Assembly (NCBI GenBank): GCA_964578155.1 | Contig: CAZOBQ010000001.1 | Location: 66,670-130,669, forward strand | Direction of reading: 5' to 3' | DNA length: 64,000 nucleotides | Source: an uncultured Lentisphaeria bacterium | Lineage (GTDB): Bacteria > Fidelibacterota > UBA8477 > JABMPR01 | In this document: piece after piece, positions 1-9,754 of the stretch | How the letters are laid out: each line of letters begins with the position of its first letter | Position numbering within the stretch: the first letter of the stretch is position 1 | Notes under the pieces: generated by a model | Database searches by the model: none | Told to the model about the DNA's origin: nothing | What the model saw: the letters and a program-made list of their open reading frames with translations, nothing else | Made by a program: the position numbers and the translations under genes

Positions 1-1
1 T

Positions 2-913
2 GGTGTCCATTTTGATGATTATTTCTACCCTTATGGAAATGATCCTTTTCCAGATGACAGAACCTGGGAAGCCTACTTGAAGACCGGTGGAAGTCTTGAG
101 CGTCACGATTGGCGTCGGAATGCTGTAAACACCTTTATAGTTCGGGTTTATGATGGAATCAAAGCTGAAAAGTCCTGGGTTAAATTTGGAATAAGTCCTT
201 TTGGAATCTGGCGGCCGGGAAACCCTGCTTCCATAAAAGGTTATGATCAATACGCAAAACTCTACGCTGATGCGAAACTTTGGCTAAACGAAGGCTGGGT
301 GGATTATTGGACGCCTCAACTGTATTGGCCAACGCGTAAAATCCCTCAAAGCTTCCCTGTTCTTTTGGCTTGGTGGGCCAATGAAAACACCCATAATCGT
401 AATCTCTGGCCAGGACTCTTTACCAGTAAAATTGAAACCGAAGCTCAAGCTCTTGAAAATTTTAGCCAGATCATGATCACCCGAGGCATTGTTGCAGATG
501 GTCCCGGTAATGTTCATTTTTCAATGAAAGCCCTGCAACGGAACTTTGGGGGAATCGCAGATATTCTACTTAAAGGACCCTATTCTGATGCAGCTTTAAT
601 TCCACCTTCTCCCTGGCTGGACAACACAGCACCGGCTACACCCCTGGTAGAGGTCGAGATCAAAGATGGAAACGCCCACATCCACTGGCTACATGAAGAC
701 AAGGATGATGTGAATCAATGGGTGATCTATTTACAGCGGGGGGGGCATTGGACTTATAAAATTCTTACAGCTGAGAAGGAATCTCTCGTTTTACCATATG
801 CTATTCGCTCTGAAGATGCCATGACTCCACCTGAGATATTAGATAGGCTGGCTGTTACTGCGGTGGATCGTTTAGGAAATGAAAGTGTTCGTAACATTAT
901 CTCTATCAGGTAA
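2..913 (+). CDS. Glycoside-hydrolase-like family 10 (GHL10, YngK/YddW-type) protein, 5' end cut by window edge
   Basis: Frame 2 is open from nt 2 (GVHFDDYFYPYGNDPFPDD precedes the listed TTG at 77), so the gene starts upstream of the window. Motifs VHFDDYFYP, FGISPFGIW and WVDYWTPQLYW are as I recall for the GHL10 TIM-barrel family. Confidence 0.6.
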   Translation, partial: GVHFDDYFYPYGNDPFPDDRTWEAYLKTGGSLERHDWRRNAVNTFIVRVYDGIKAEKSWVKFGISPFGIWRPGNPASIKGYDQYAKLYADAKLWLNEGWVDYWTPQLYWPTRKIPQSFPVLLAWWANENTHNRNLWPGLFTSKIETEAQALENFSQIMITRGIVADGPGNVHFSMKALQRNFGGIADILLKGPYSDAALIPPSPWLDNTAPATPLVEVEIKDGNAHIHWLHEDKDDVNQWVIYLQRGGHWTYKILTAEKESLVLPYAIRSEDAMTPPEILDRLAVTAVDRLGNESVRNIISIR

Positions 914-1010
914 ACACTAAACCAATTCCCAGCCGAGTAAAGCGACGACTAGATTAGTTTCTACTTTCTCTTAAAGCCTGTTTGATGCGCCTCGCTCACT
1001 TAAAACAGGT

Positions 1011-2639
1011 TTATGGTTCATATTTACCCAGAGCTTTAATGCCCCACTTTAAAGGCAAATACGTATATAATGTTGTGAGAACCAACATAAAACCAATGGT
1101 GATAGTTATGAAGAATCCCGGCCCTTCTGATTGAAGAATATTGATCACAAACACTAGAGATAACACTGAAAAAGCCACATAGATCAAGCTGAGCACAACA
1201 GCGATGATCCCACCATATCCACTACTGATCTTCATTGGGTTGGTCTCGTTGAATTGTGCATAAACAGCACCCAATCCAAGCGACATACTGATCAAAGCCA
1301 GGCTCGTCATGAGCAGAAATCCACTGGATAGAATGGCGACTTCAGTTCGTTGGCCAAGGAAATGGTTTGAGGATAAGGCTACAATTTCTGCCAGGGTGAA
1401 AAGAGAGAAAAAGGCCAGCCAGAATTTCTCAATAAATACCTGCTTCATAGTAAAGGGAGACATTTGGAGCATCCATAAACTTTGTCCTTCCATACTAATC
1501 ATAGGATAAACGAATCTGGCAGTAAGAGCGGCCATAATGAACCCTGTAAACCCAAAATTAAAGACGTAGATGGCTGTTTGCCAGAAGGGGAGCAAATCGC
1601 CAAAGTGAACCCTGCCCCTGGAAAGATTGATCAAATAAACCACAATAAAGAAGCCCATTAGGAGGAATTGAACCCACTGTTGAGGAGTACGTAGGAACTG
1701 GACGAGGTCTTTAGAGATAAGGGCTCGCATTGGTCCCTGAACACCTGGCCAGGACCACTGAAAGACCCGACTCATTTTATTGCCACCACTACTGGAGTTG
1801 TGTCCCTCCATTATCTGGTAAGATTGGAAATAGGCCCTGCCGGCAACCCAGCTGATTGCTTCCCAACCAAGAGCTGCTGTTGTCAAAGAAAGTGCTGAGA
1901 AATAACCACGCTCGAGCCAGTTCAGACTCTCACCACCCAAAAAAAGCTTACTCAGCCAATAACTTGGAATAAATGGAAATGGGTTTGAAGAGAGATTGGT
2001 TATATAGCGTCCTAGGGCCCTGAAGTTTCCTAGTTGTCCACCTATAACTGTATCCTGTTGGCTAACATTAAAGTACAAATAAAAGAAACCGGTAAAGGTT
2101 AGGCCTAAAAGAATGAATAGGGTTTTCATTTTGAAGAAACGCGATAAACTCACTAACAAGATCAGCAGCAGGGCTGCAGAGACGGTGGCGATAAACAAAA
2201 AGGGCAAGATACCAGCCAGAAACACCATGCCATATTGGATAGGTGACAGACCTTGTAATGCACCATAGGCAAGCGTTAGTGGAATTCCCAAAATAAGAAT
2301 GGCCCACGAACTGTAGATTAGATTTTCAGTAAATTTTACGCGGAATATTTGAGTATTCTCAACCGGCATGGTCATGAGAAAAGCAACCTCAGGAGATCTA
2401 TAAAAGGTGGAGAATCCAGTCACAAGATTAGACAAGACCAGGAGATAAAAAATAACGGACCATCCCAGATAGAACATCCGGTCAAGAAAGACCTCTCCTA
2501 GCTCTCCTTGGTCTAGTAAAAACTGTCCACCGTTGATGAACAGTTTGTATCCACCAAAGATGAGGCCAAAGACAATCACACTCGAGACCAGTATCTCTAG
2601 GCGTTTCTTTTTGAAGACACCTGCAAGAAAGCCTCGCAT
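1011..2639 (-). CDS. Polytopic membrane protein, putative ABC-exporter permease partner of the adjacent ATPase
   Basis: 542-aa ORF dominated by hydrophobic helices, on the same strand and immediately downstream of the ABC ATPase. Family assignment is by context and general resemblance only. Confidence 0.5.
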   Translation of the reverse strand: MRGFLAGVFKKKRLEILVSSVIVFGLIFGGYKLFINGGQFLLDQGELGEVFLDRMFYLGWSVIFYLLVLSNLVTGFSTFYRSPEVAFLMTMPVENTQIFRVKFTENLIYSSWAILILGIPLTLAYGALQGLSPIQYGMVFLAGILPFLFIATVSAALLLILLVSLSRFFKMKTLFILLGLTFTGFFYLYFNVSQQDTVIGGQLGNFRALGRYITNLSSNPFPFIPSYWLSKLFLGGESLNWLERGYFSALSLTTAALGWEAISWVAGRAYFQSYQIMEGHNSSSGGNKMSRVFQWSWPGVQGPMRALISKDLVQFLRTPQQWVQFLLMGFFIVVYLINLSRGRVHFGDLLPFWQTAIYVFNFGFTGFIMAALTARFVYPMISMEGQSLWMLQMSPFTMKQVFIEKFWLAFFSLFTLAEIVALSSNHFLGQRTEVAILSSGFLLMTSLALISMSLGLGAVYAQFNETNPMKISSGYGGIIAVVLSLIYVAFSVLSLVFVINILQSEGPGFFITITIGFMLVLTTLYTYLPLKWGIKALGKYEP

Positions 2640-2764
2640 GCTTTGCTGTTTTACTCGAAAGAGTAGTTGTGCTTGTTTATTTACGATGGAAGTTAACCCT
2701 TAATAATCATTTATATTCTGGGACATGAGTCGCCAACATCGGTTTTGCATCCCGTGTCGGAGCT

Positions 2765-2816
2765 CGTCATCCTGAGTAAGCCTGTCCTGAGCCAAGTCGA
2801 AGGGTCGAAGGACAGG
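2765..2816 (+). repeat. REP-like unit, long form
   Basis: cgtcatcctgagtaagcctgtcctgagccaagtcgaagggtcgaaggacagg contains an internal stem cctgtcc...ggacagg. It lies between the ABC ATPase and its permease. Confidence 0.7.
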
Positions 2817-2835
2817 ACAAAGCCGCTCAAAGTAC

Positions 2836-3576
2836 TCAACGTCCATGTATCTGTTCTTCTTCTTCAACAATTCTTAAAAACCGTTCTTCCAGGTTTTCTT
2901 TTTTTCCTGAGACCGACCGAAAAGAATCCACTGTACCCACACCGAGCAGTTTACCCTTATTGATGATTGCAATACGATCAGACAATTCTTCTGCCACATT
3001 GAGATTGTGGGTTGATATGAAGATCGTGACTCCCGCCTGGCTTCTTTCTCTAAGCATATCTTTGATGATACGAGCCGTTTTAGGATCAAGGCCCACCATG
3101 GGTTCATCAATGACCAGGATTTTGGGTTGGTGAAGAAAAGCTGATGCAAACGACAGTCGTTGCTTCATTCCTTGAGAATATCCAGAGATACGATCCCCAA
3201 GCCATTCTGTCATAAACAAACGTTCGCTGATAATCTTTTGTTCTCGTTGAATGCTCTCATTGTCCATGGAGAACAGCTGACCCACCATCGTCATCAGTTC
3301 TAAGCCGGTAAGATGCTGATACAGAAAAGCAGAATCTGGCACATAACCAATGATCGCCTTCGCCTGTTGAGCTTCTTTTTCAATATCAAAGCCACCCATT
3401 TTGATAGAGCCTGAGCTGGGCGTCATTAGCCCAACCATCATTTTAATACTGGTGGTTTTTCCTGCTCCATTGGGTCCTAAAAAGCAAAAAAGCTCGCCTT
3501 TTTCAATATGTAAAGACAAGTCATTGACAGCCCTGGTTGTTTCGAAATTTTTTGAAAGATGGTCTAGTATGATCAT
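2836..3576 (-). CDS. ABC transporter ATP-binding protein
   Basis: Walker A GPNGAGKTT, signature YSQGMKQRLS, Walker B ILVIDEP, H-loop ISTHN. Confidence 0.9.
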   Translation of the reverse strand: MIILDHLSKNFETTRAVNDLSLHIEKGELFCFLGPNGAGKTTSIKMMVGLMTPSSGSIKMGGFDIEKEAQQAKAIIGYVPDSAFLYQHLTGLELMTMVGQLFSMDNESIQREQKIISERLFMTEWLGDRISGYSQGMKQRLSFASAFLHQPKILVIDEPMVGLDPKTARIIKDMLRERSQAGVTIFISTHNLNVAEELSDRIAIINKGKLLGVGTVDSFRSVSGKKENLEERFLRIVEEEEQIHGR

Positions 3577-3600
3577 ATAATTCTATTTCTTTTTGTCGGT

Positions 3601-4395
3601 TTAGTCTTGTCGTTCGTGCAACATCCAAACATTGGGTTCAACATAATCACCCCAATCATTTTCCACATCAAATTGTACGCTGGTCAGCGCCCCTGAAATG
3701 ATATAATCCCCGCCGGACTGAAAGGACATCTCTGTCCAATCCTCCCAGTTTTTAACTGTGCCACGAATATGCATGGCTTGAGGACATACTTTTAATATTC
3801 GTGCACCCAAGCGCTGGTGAACCCTGATCCAAGGATCAAAATGCTCTCCGTTTCGAGACCACGTGAGGTATTCTTCCATGGCAAGCAAGGGGTAGTCACA
3901 TTTCTTGTTTGGCCGCACCGGGGCAATCAGCTTATCGTATCCAAACTGCTGTCCAATGTCCTTCATGATCTGAACCATTAATTTACTTAAGCCCTTACCT
4001 CGATATTTTGGCAAAACTTGGATCGCTAAGGCACAAAGTAAATTCGCTGGAGTATCGTCCTCCACACCCGACCGCAACGCCCAATCCCAACCTTCATCAG
4101 GTAAGGTTTCCAGGGAGTCTGACCAATGCACAGGAATACTGTTCCCCACGGCGATCCACAAACCTGTCTGTTTTTCATAAAGGGCAAATTGGAAATCGGG
4201 ATGTTTAACATTTAAGGTTGTCCAGTGTTCGTTCGCCACCATATCGTTCAGCATAAACTCAGGCCAGGAGGGCATGGTGACATCATCTGCCTTGTCTATA
4301 AAATTCTCGGTGTCACTCCCGTAGAGTATCTCAAGATCAAGGACATCCAGTTCTGCTATAAGTGTTGGTGATAGTTTTGGTTTGCCTGCCTGCAT
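3601..4395 (-). CDS. GNAT-like acetyltransferase domain protein
   Basis: 264-aa ORF with an acetyl-CoA-binding-like segment VLPKYRGKGLSKLMVQIM. The N-terminal half was not recognised. Confidence 0.4.
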   Translation of the reverse strand: MQAGKPKLSPTLIAELDVLDLEILYGSDTENFIDKADDVTMPSWPEFMLNDMVANEHWTTLNVKHPDFQFALYEKQTGLWIAVGNSIPVHWSDSLETLPDEGWDWALRSGVEDDTPANLLCALAIQVLPKYRGKGLSKLMVQIMKDIGQQFGYDKLIAPVRPNKKCDYPLLAMEEYLTWSRNGEHFDPWIRVHQRLGARILKVCPQAMHIRGTVKNWEDWTEMSFQSGGDYIISGALTSVQFDVENDWGDYVEPNVWMLHERQD

Positions 4396-4405
4396 GAGTT
4401 GTTTG

Positions 4406-4804
4406 TTAAACTCCTTTTTGGCCCAAAATAAACGCTTGAATCTTTTTGTCTTCAGTCATGATATGATCAACAACCCAAGCATTCATAATGTCCTTGAAAT
4501 TACCCAACAAGGCTGTCATATGAAGAGACTGAGTGAGAGCACCATTCATTACTTTTATGATTTCCTGGTGTTTTTCCTCGTGAACTTCTCTGTCAGGATA
4601 TTCGAGCTCTTGCATCAGGTTTTCTTCTCTTTTGAAGTGGTCTTTCACGTATTCATAAAGGTCGCGTATAGCCACTTTTAATTCTTCTACATCCTGACTG
4701 GGGTGATTCAAATCCAGGACATGGTTTGCAATAGCAAGCAACTGTTTGTGGTCCTCGTCAATTGGACCGCCATCAATTCGCATTTTTTGTGTCCATTCAA
4801 ACAT
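4406..4804 (-). CDS. Bacteriohemerythrin-like metal-binding protein
   Basis: Hemerythrin His/Glu/Asp ligand pattern (FEW..., DEDHKQL, HFKREENLM, HEEKHQEI, WVVDHIMTEDKK). GGAGG lies 7 nt upstream of the ATG at 4804, so I prefer that start over the ORF-track start at 4861, which would overlap recG. Confidence 0.8.
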   Translation of the reverse strand: MFEWTQKMRIDGGPIDEDHKQLLAIANHVLDLNHPSQDVEELKVAIRDLYEYVKDHFKREENLMQELEYPDREVHEEKHQEIIKVMNGALTQSLHMTALLGNFKDIMNAWVVDHIMTEDKKIQAFILGQKGV

Positions 4805-4853
4805 TGTGTTTCCTCCAGCCATTAAACCACACGAAGATTGCTCTTGATTTTGT

Positions 4854-6932
4854 TCACCCAATACCTGCTATTCCAGAAAGTTCGGAGTACCTCTCCACCA
4901 CAATCTCTCTGATCTTCTTGTGAACACCCTGTCTCAAATGTGGATCACTTTTTACCAGTGCAAAAGCAACCCTCCGAGCTTCTTTTAGGATGTCACCATC
5001 ATATAAGATATTGGCAATTTTCAAAGCTGGGAGTCCAGATTGGCGGGTGCCAAAAATATCTCCTGCACCCCTTAGCCGCAAGTCCTCTTCTGCAATCTTA
5101 AAACCGTCTGTGGTATCTACCACGATCTTTAATCGAGCTAAAGACTCAGGAGTCATTTTCCGCTGAACCAAAACACATACACCTCGCTGTGCTCCACGAC
5201 CTATGCGACCTCTTAATTGGTGTAGTTGAGCCAGACCAAAACGCTCTGCATTTTCAATGAGCATAACCGTGGCATTGGGAATATCGATGCCAACTTCAAT
5301 CACTGTCGTACTGACCAGGACCTGAATCTGCTTAGCAGAAAACTGCTCCATGATAGCGTCTTTCTCTTCTGCTTTCATTCTACCATGCAAGAGGGCAACC
5401 TTGTACTCAGAGAAAAGACTACCCAATTTCTCATATCCCAAAGTTGCGGCCTCCAGGTCAATTTTTTCTGACTCATCAATAAGGGGGTAAACAACAAAAG
5501 CTTGTCGACCAGCTTTTAGCTCATCTCTAATGAAATCATATACTTTAGGAAGTGTATGAACATCAACTTTCCGAGTAATGATCTTCTGTCTGCCTGCTGG
5601 TAGCTCATCTAAAACAGAAACTGATAAATCCCCATAAATGGTCATTGAAAGCGTGCGTGGGATGGGCGTGGCTGTCATCACCAAAACATCTGCCTCACCC
5701 GCCTTTTCTAATAACTCTCCACGCTGTAACACACCAAAGCGATGTTGTTCATCAATGACCACCAGCTGCAAATTTTTAAAGTGAACCTTCCCCTGAATCA
5801 GTGCGTGGGTTCCAATGGCGATATGGTAGTAACCTTCTTTTAAGGCTTTTCGCAGGTCTCGTTTTTGGGCTGCTGTTTGAGAGCCTGTAAGCAAGACCAC
5901 CCTTAGGGGTGTGCCTTCAAAAAACTTAAGTGCGTTCTTATAGTGCTGTTCAGCCAGAATTTCTGTCGGCGCCATGATGGCCGACTGATATCCATTCCCT
6001 GCCGAGATAGCAGCGGCCAATAAACTGATAACGGTTTTTCCTGAACCAACATCTCCCTGCAATAATCGATTCATGGGGCCTGAAGATTTAAGGTCTTCCC
6101 AGATCTCTTCCATGACGCGCTTTTGGGCACCCGTTAAATCAAAAGGCAGTTTCTCATATTGAGAGCCTAGATATTCCCCATAAGATTTGAATCTGTTTTG
6201 CTTCACCGTTTCACTCATGTTTTGACGGCGAACAGCGAGAAGCAGCTGCATAAAGAAGAGCTCGTTGAACTTGAGCCGGCGTCGGGCTGCTTTTAACATA
6301 TCCATATCTTCTGGAAAGTGAATATCCCGAATCGCCTGGCCAATTCCCATCAAAGTATTCTCTTTCAAAATATCGGCAGGCAAAAACTCTTTGAGTTTGT
6401 CTTCAATGCCCTCCATGAGCGGTCTCAATAACCGTCTAAAGCCCCGACTATCCAAACCGGCTGACTGTAGCTGTTGCCCTGAGGGATAAAGCGGGACAAT
6501 AATTCCTGTATTGATTGGGTTGGTGCCTTCTTCAGAGAGTATATCGAAATCAGGGTGAACCATCTGGAACCCGCCGTAAAAATCAACTTTACCACTGACC
6601 GCAACCACATCACCTTTGTTGAATCTTTTCTGGATCCATTTCGCCCCATTAAACCAGCGACACTTTAGAAAACCGCGTTCATCAGCGACCACCATTTCAA
6701 AATAGGACCGTTTTCGACCGCGTCGCATTTGGGTGCCACTGATCTTTCCTACCACAGTGGCATTCATGTCTTTTTGTAGGTCGGTGGTATAAGTAACCGT
6801 AGATCGATCTAGATAACGACGTGGGAAATGCTCCAACAGATCGGCTGTAGTAAAAATATTGATCTCTGCTAAAGCTTCGGCTTTTCGAGAACCAACGCCA
6901 CGCAGGGAATTGATTTGAGTGTCAAGTCTCAT
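4854..6932 (-). CDS. recG: ATP-dependent DNA helicase RecG
   Basis: 692 aa with an N-terminal wedge/OB region and helicase motifs GDVGSGKT, VIDEQHRFG, TATPIPRT and QLHQLRGRIGRG. Confidence 0.95.
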   Translation of the reverse strand: MRLDTQINSLRGVGSRKAEALAEINIFTTADLLEHFPRRYLDRSTVTYTTDLQKDMNATVVGKISGTQMRRGRKRSYFEMVVADERGFLKCRWFNGAKWIQKRFNKGDVVAVSGKVDFYGGFQMVHPDFDILSEEGTNPINTGIIVPLYPSGQQLQSAGLDSRGFRRLLRPLMEGIEDKLKEFLPADILKENTLMGIGQAIRDIHFPEDMDMLKAARRRLKFNELFFMQLLLAVRRQNMSETVKQNRFKSYGEYLGSQYEKLPFDLTGAQKRVMEEIWEDLKSSGPMNRLLQGDVGSGKTVISLLAAAISAGNGYQSAIMAPTEILAEQHYKNALKFFEGTPLRVVLLTGSQTAAQKRDLRKALKEGYYHIAIGTHALIQGKVHFKNLQLVVIDEQHRFGVLQRGELLEKAGEADVLVMTATPIPRTLSMTIYGDLSVSVLDELPAGRQKIITRKVDVHTLPKVYDFIRDELKAGRQAFVVYPLIDESEKIDLEAATLGYEKLGSLFSEYKVALLHGRMKAEEKDAIMEQFSAKQIQVLVSTTVIEVGIDIPNATVMLIENAERFGLAQLHQLRGRIGRGAQRGVCVLVQRKMTPESLARLKIVVDTTDGFKIAEEDLRLRGAGDIFGTRQSGLPALKIANILYDGDILKEARRVAFALVKSDPHLRQGVHKKIREIVVERYSELSGIAGIG

Positions 6933-7006
6933 AGAATTTCAATTTAATGTGGAGAGAGACATTGGAAACCCATCTATGCTATCTTTTCTCATTTTACTAT
7001 GATAGA

Positions 7007-7030
7007 CAAAAAGCTTCGATGGGCAAGCTT
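7007..7030 (-). terminator. Weak candidate intrinsic terminator after the GyrI-like gene
   Basis: AAGCTT-cgatgggc-AAGCTT forms a 6-bp palindromic stem. On the minus strand it is followed by TTTTTG. Confidence 0.3.
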
Positions 7031-7065
7031 GAAAGTTTGGTCGTATTGATTTGGATCAATTTCTT

Positions 7066-7707
7066 TTACTCTACTGACTCTTTTGAAACCTCCATAGTTT
7101 CAGATTCTTCAATGTCCCCCCCGGGCGCTGGCTTCTTTGAGACAGGGTAACGAATAATTGTATAATATTTGTCTGGATTCCCTTTTCCAAACATCCCTGG
7201 TCCTTTGAGATATTCTTCTTCGTGGAGACCAGATATCTCGTATCCGCTGTTGTTAATGTACTCATGAAGCTTGTCGACTGTGGGAGGTTCATTTGTATAA
7301 GAACCAATATGCAAAATTTCCCCAACCTTTCCATATTCCCAGGTTTCTACTTTCAGCTTGGGATACTTTTCTTGAATCTCTGCAGGTATCTCCAACACAG
7401 AATTGCTTACTTCAAGACCATAGATACCCAACCACTCATGCTTTGGTGTTTCCAGTGCTTTTGGCCAACGTCCGATGGGAGCTTTCATATCCATGTCGTG
7501 CTGACGTTTAAGCTTGAAGAAGGTAGAGAACAACGCCCCAAAGGCTTCGCCACCCACTTCATTGGGGTCACCAACCAGCTCGTAAACCAACATTCTTTGA
7601 GCTGGCTTATCGATTATGCGGGGAGTCAGCAGTCGCTCATGCTCAGACAAGTCCTTGCTGCAACCAACGAGCATGATAAGTGTAAGCAGTAGTGCTTGGG
7701 TTTTCAT
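7066..7707 (-). CDS. GyrI-like (effector-binding/SOUL fold) lipoprotein
   Basis: Lipobox LTLIMLVGC. C-terminal HIGSY...P.TVDKLHEYI...GYE..G.HEEEYL pattern is typical of GyrI-like small-molecule-binding domains. Confidence 0.5.
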   Translation of the reverse strand: MKTQALLLTLIMLVGCSKDLSEHERLLTPRIIDKPAQRMLVYELVGDPNEVGGEAFGALFSTFFKLKRQHDMDMKAPIGRWPKALETPKHEWLGIYGLEVSNSVLEIPAEIQEKYPKLKVETWEYGKVGEILHIGSYTNEPPTVDKLHEYINNSGYEISGLHEEEYLKGPGMFGKGNPDKYYTIIRYPVSKKPAPGGDIEESETMEVSKESVE

Positions 7708-7743
7708 TGTGATTGGCCTCCTGAATTTTAAAACAATTATTAT

Positions 7744-9024
7744 CTAATCTTTCTGCCGTCTAATAAGCGCTTCCATATACCTTGATTTAACCTGTTGGCT
7801 CGCCATGACCTGTTTGACAGGTGGAAGTTTAAGGATAACCCCCAGGACTCCAGCCATGGCGCGATGACTCCACAAAACTTTGTTATCAAAAAGAAGGTCT
7901 TGGAAGTTACCTCGTTCAATTGCCATGACGACTGCTCGATGCGTTCCATTCAAAGGGGTAATAACACGACTCTCTCGAGACTCCAGCTTAATGCTTTCTC
8001 TTGAGCATGTCCTGACACAGACACCACATCCAAGACAGATCTCTTCGTCCAGCTTCGCCATCTTCATCTTAGGCCTGGCTGGATTGTTTGATGAAACCAA
8101 AGTCATTGCTTCTACAGGACAGGCGGAAACGCACTTGCCACAACCATTACATTCAGTTTCATCTATTAGTGGTATAAAGTTGGTGGTGTGGACAGGGTTG
8201 AGAATAGCAAACTGACGAGCAGCGATCATTGCTTCACAGCAACAACCACAACAGTTGCATATAAAGTTCACGTCTTCTCTGGCATTTTCACCAAATTGAA
8301 CCAGCTTGTGCTCATGCGCTTCCTGGAGCAGGTCAAGACACTCCACCTTATCAACGTCGCGAGCATGTCCATGCTTGATGAGTGATGCAGCTGAGTTGTT
8401 AAAGGTCATACAGATATCTTTTGGAGCAGCACAATCTTTACCCATATGCTCCATCTTGTGGCGACAATAACAAACTCCGACACCCCTGTGTGTAGCTTCT
8501 TCTATCACCTGTGTAGCTCTTTCATAATCCAAAACGTGAAGCGCATTTTCGTTTGACAGCGCTGGTTCATGTACAAAAGTACGACCCAGTTGAGTCTCGC
8601 CTCTTGTGAAAAGCTCTCGGATAAAATCATCTTCCACATTCATATATTGATAAAACAGTTCGCTTAAAGCTTTCTGGTCAATATCATCACGAATTCGCAT
8701 AAGAGAAAACTCAAAAAAACCGGCCATGGGTGGGGGTAGTGAATACACAGACTCACCGTTTTGCTCTATATCGACCAGGATGGCTCTTCCAGCTAGCTTT
8801 TCTAAAATCTTTTTCGTTTTTAGAATATCCATCTTCCAGATGCGGCTCGCTTTTTCGGCGGTAAAAGGTTTTATGGGCATGAGAGAAACCAGTTGAGCTT
8901 CTTGTTCAGTGAACAACATCTTTAAAATTTTGAAGAGTGTCTTTGATGGGGGTGCACCCTGGGGAAAGCGATTTATTCGGTCGGATAATTGTGTGTAGCC
9001 AGATTTAATCGTGCGATGAGCCAT
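7744..9024 (-). CDS. Cysteine-rich Fe-S protein with a 2x[4Fe-4S] ferredoxin domain
   Basis: Two ferredoxin motifs, CNGCGKCVSACP and CLGCGVCVRTCS, plus an upstream Cys cluster CYCRH...C...C...CNCCGCCCE. Confidence 0.7.
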   Translation of the reverse strand: MAHRTIKSGYTQLSDRINRFPQGAPPSKTLFKILKMLFTEQEAQLVSLMPIKPFTAEKASRIWKMDILKTKKILEKLAGRAILVDIEQNGESVYSLPPPMAGFFEFSLMRIRDDIDQKALSELFYQYMNVEDDFIRELFTRGETQLGRTFVHEPALSNENALHVLDYERATQVIEEATHRGVGVCYCRHKMEHMGKDCAAPKDICMTFNNSAASLIKHGHARDVDKVECLDLLQEAHEHKLVQFGENAREDVNFICNCCGCCCEAMIAARQFAILNPVHTTNFIPLIDETECNGCGKCVSACPVEAMTLVSSNNPARPKMKMAKLDEEICLGCGVCVRTCSRESIKLESRESRVITPLNGTHRAVVMAIERGNFQDLLFDNKVLWSHRAMAGVLGVILKLPPVKQVMASQQVKSRYMEALIRRQKD

Positions 9025-9156
9025 AAGTATTTCTCCCCCCAGTAGATGTATTGTGAATATCAGATAATTTCGTAAACCAACACCTTTAAATCAACACTTT
9101 TGGCAGTTTTTGTTCTCTCGGGTTATGCAATAATTATAATATGATTTGAGATGAAT

Positions 9157-9750
9157 TTATTGAGTAACTACATTAAAAGAGATCGAAAACTCATCATAGA
9201 TCAAACGATCACCCAGATCCTCATAAAAAGAACCAGACTTATATCGGATATTATATTGAGCGCGATTAATGATCATTTTACCGCTTGCTCTGGCTCCCTG
9301 ATCTGTGAATTTCACATCAGACTCAAAATCGATAACGTGGGTAATACCCTTGATGGTCAGGTCGCCATAGAATCGATACGTTTGCTCGCTATTAACCTTA
9401 TGAGCGACGACGGCAGAGCTGATTTCGAATTCAGCTGTGGGATGATTACTAACATCGAAAAAATCATCGGACTTCAGATGCTTTTCCAGATTTCTTTTGC
9501 GGTCATCTCTCAGAATATCCTGATTCTCCAGACTGTTCATATCAATCACAAATTTCCCACCTAGAATTTTCTCTCCATCATACTCTAAGTACCCTTCGGA
9601 TAACCTTATGATGCCAGAGTGTTCTCCCGTGACTTTTGCGCCAACCCACTCAACGATACTGTTTTCTGTGTCTATGGCTCTTCGGGAGCTTTGTCCCATA
9701 AGTGGTAACACTAATATCAAGAACAGCCCAATCTTCAAAATTTTTACCAT
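9157..9750 (-). CDS. YceI-like periplasmic protein
   Basis: Signal peptide MVKILKIGLFLILVLPLMG. YceI motifs VEWVGAKVTGEHSG and HLKSDDFFDVSNHPTAEF. The start at M7 (9750) avoids overlap with the upstream gene. Confidence 0.8.
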   Translation of the reverse strand: MVKILKIGLFLILVLPLMGQSSRRAIDTENSIVEWVGAKVTGEHSGIIRLSEGYLEYDGEKILGGKFVIDMNSLENQDILRDDRKRNLEKHLKSDDFFDVSNHPTAEFEISSAVVAHKVNSEQTYRFYGDLTIKGITHVIDFESDVKFTDQGARASGKMIINRAQYNIRYKSGSFYEDLGDRLIYDEFSISFNVVTQ

Positions 9751-9754
9751 GCCT

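Noticed and set aside
7222-7692. Long antisense or embedded ORFs from the six-frame track. Examples: 7222..7692, 284..517, 1309..1509, 5226..5471, 15482..15742, 25748..26080, 46932..47264, 49558..49959, 50901..51221, 54250..54588, 40922..41206.
   Set aside because: Each lies entirely inside a longer ORF on the other strand or frame that has clear family motifs. None has recognisable motifs, an SD site or signals of its own.
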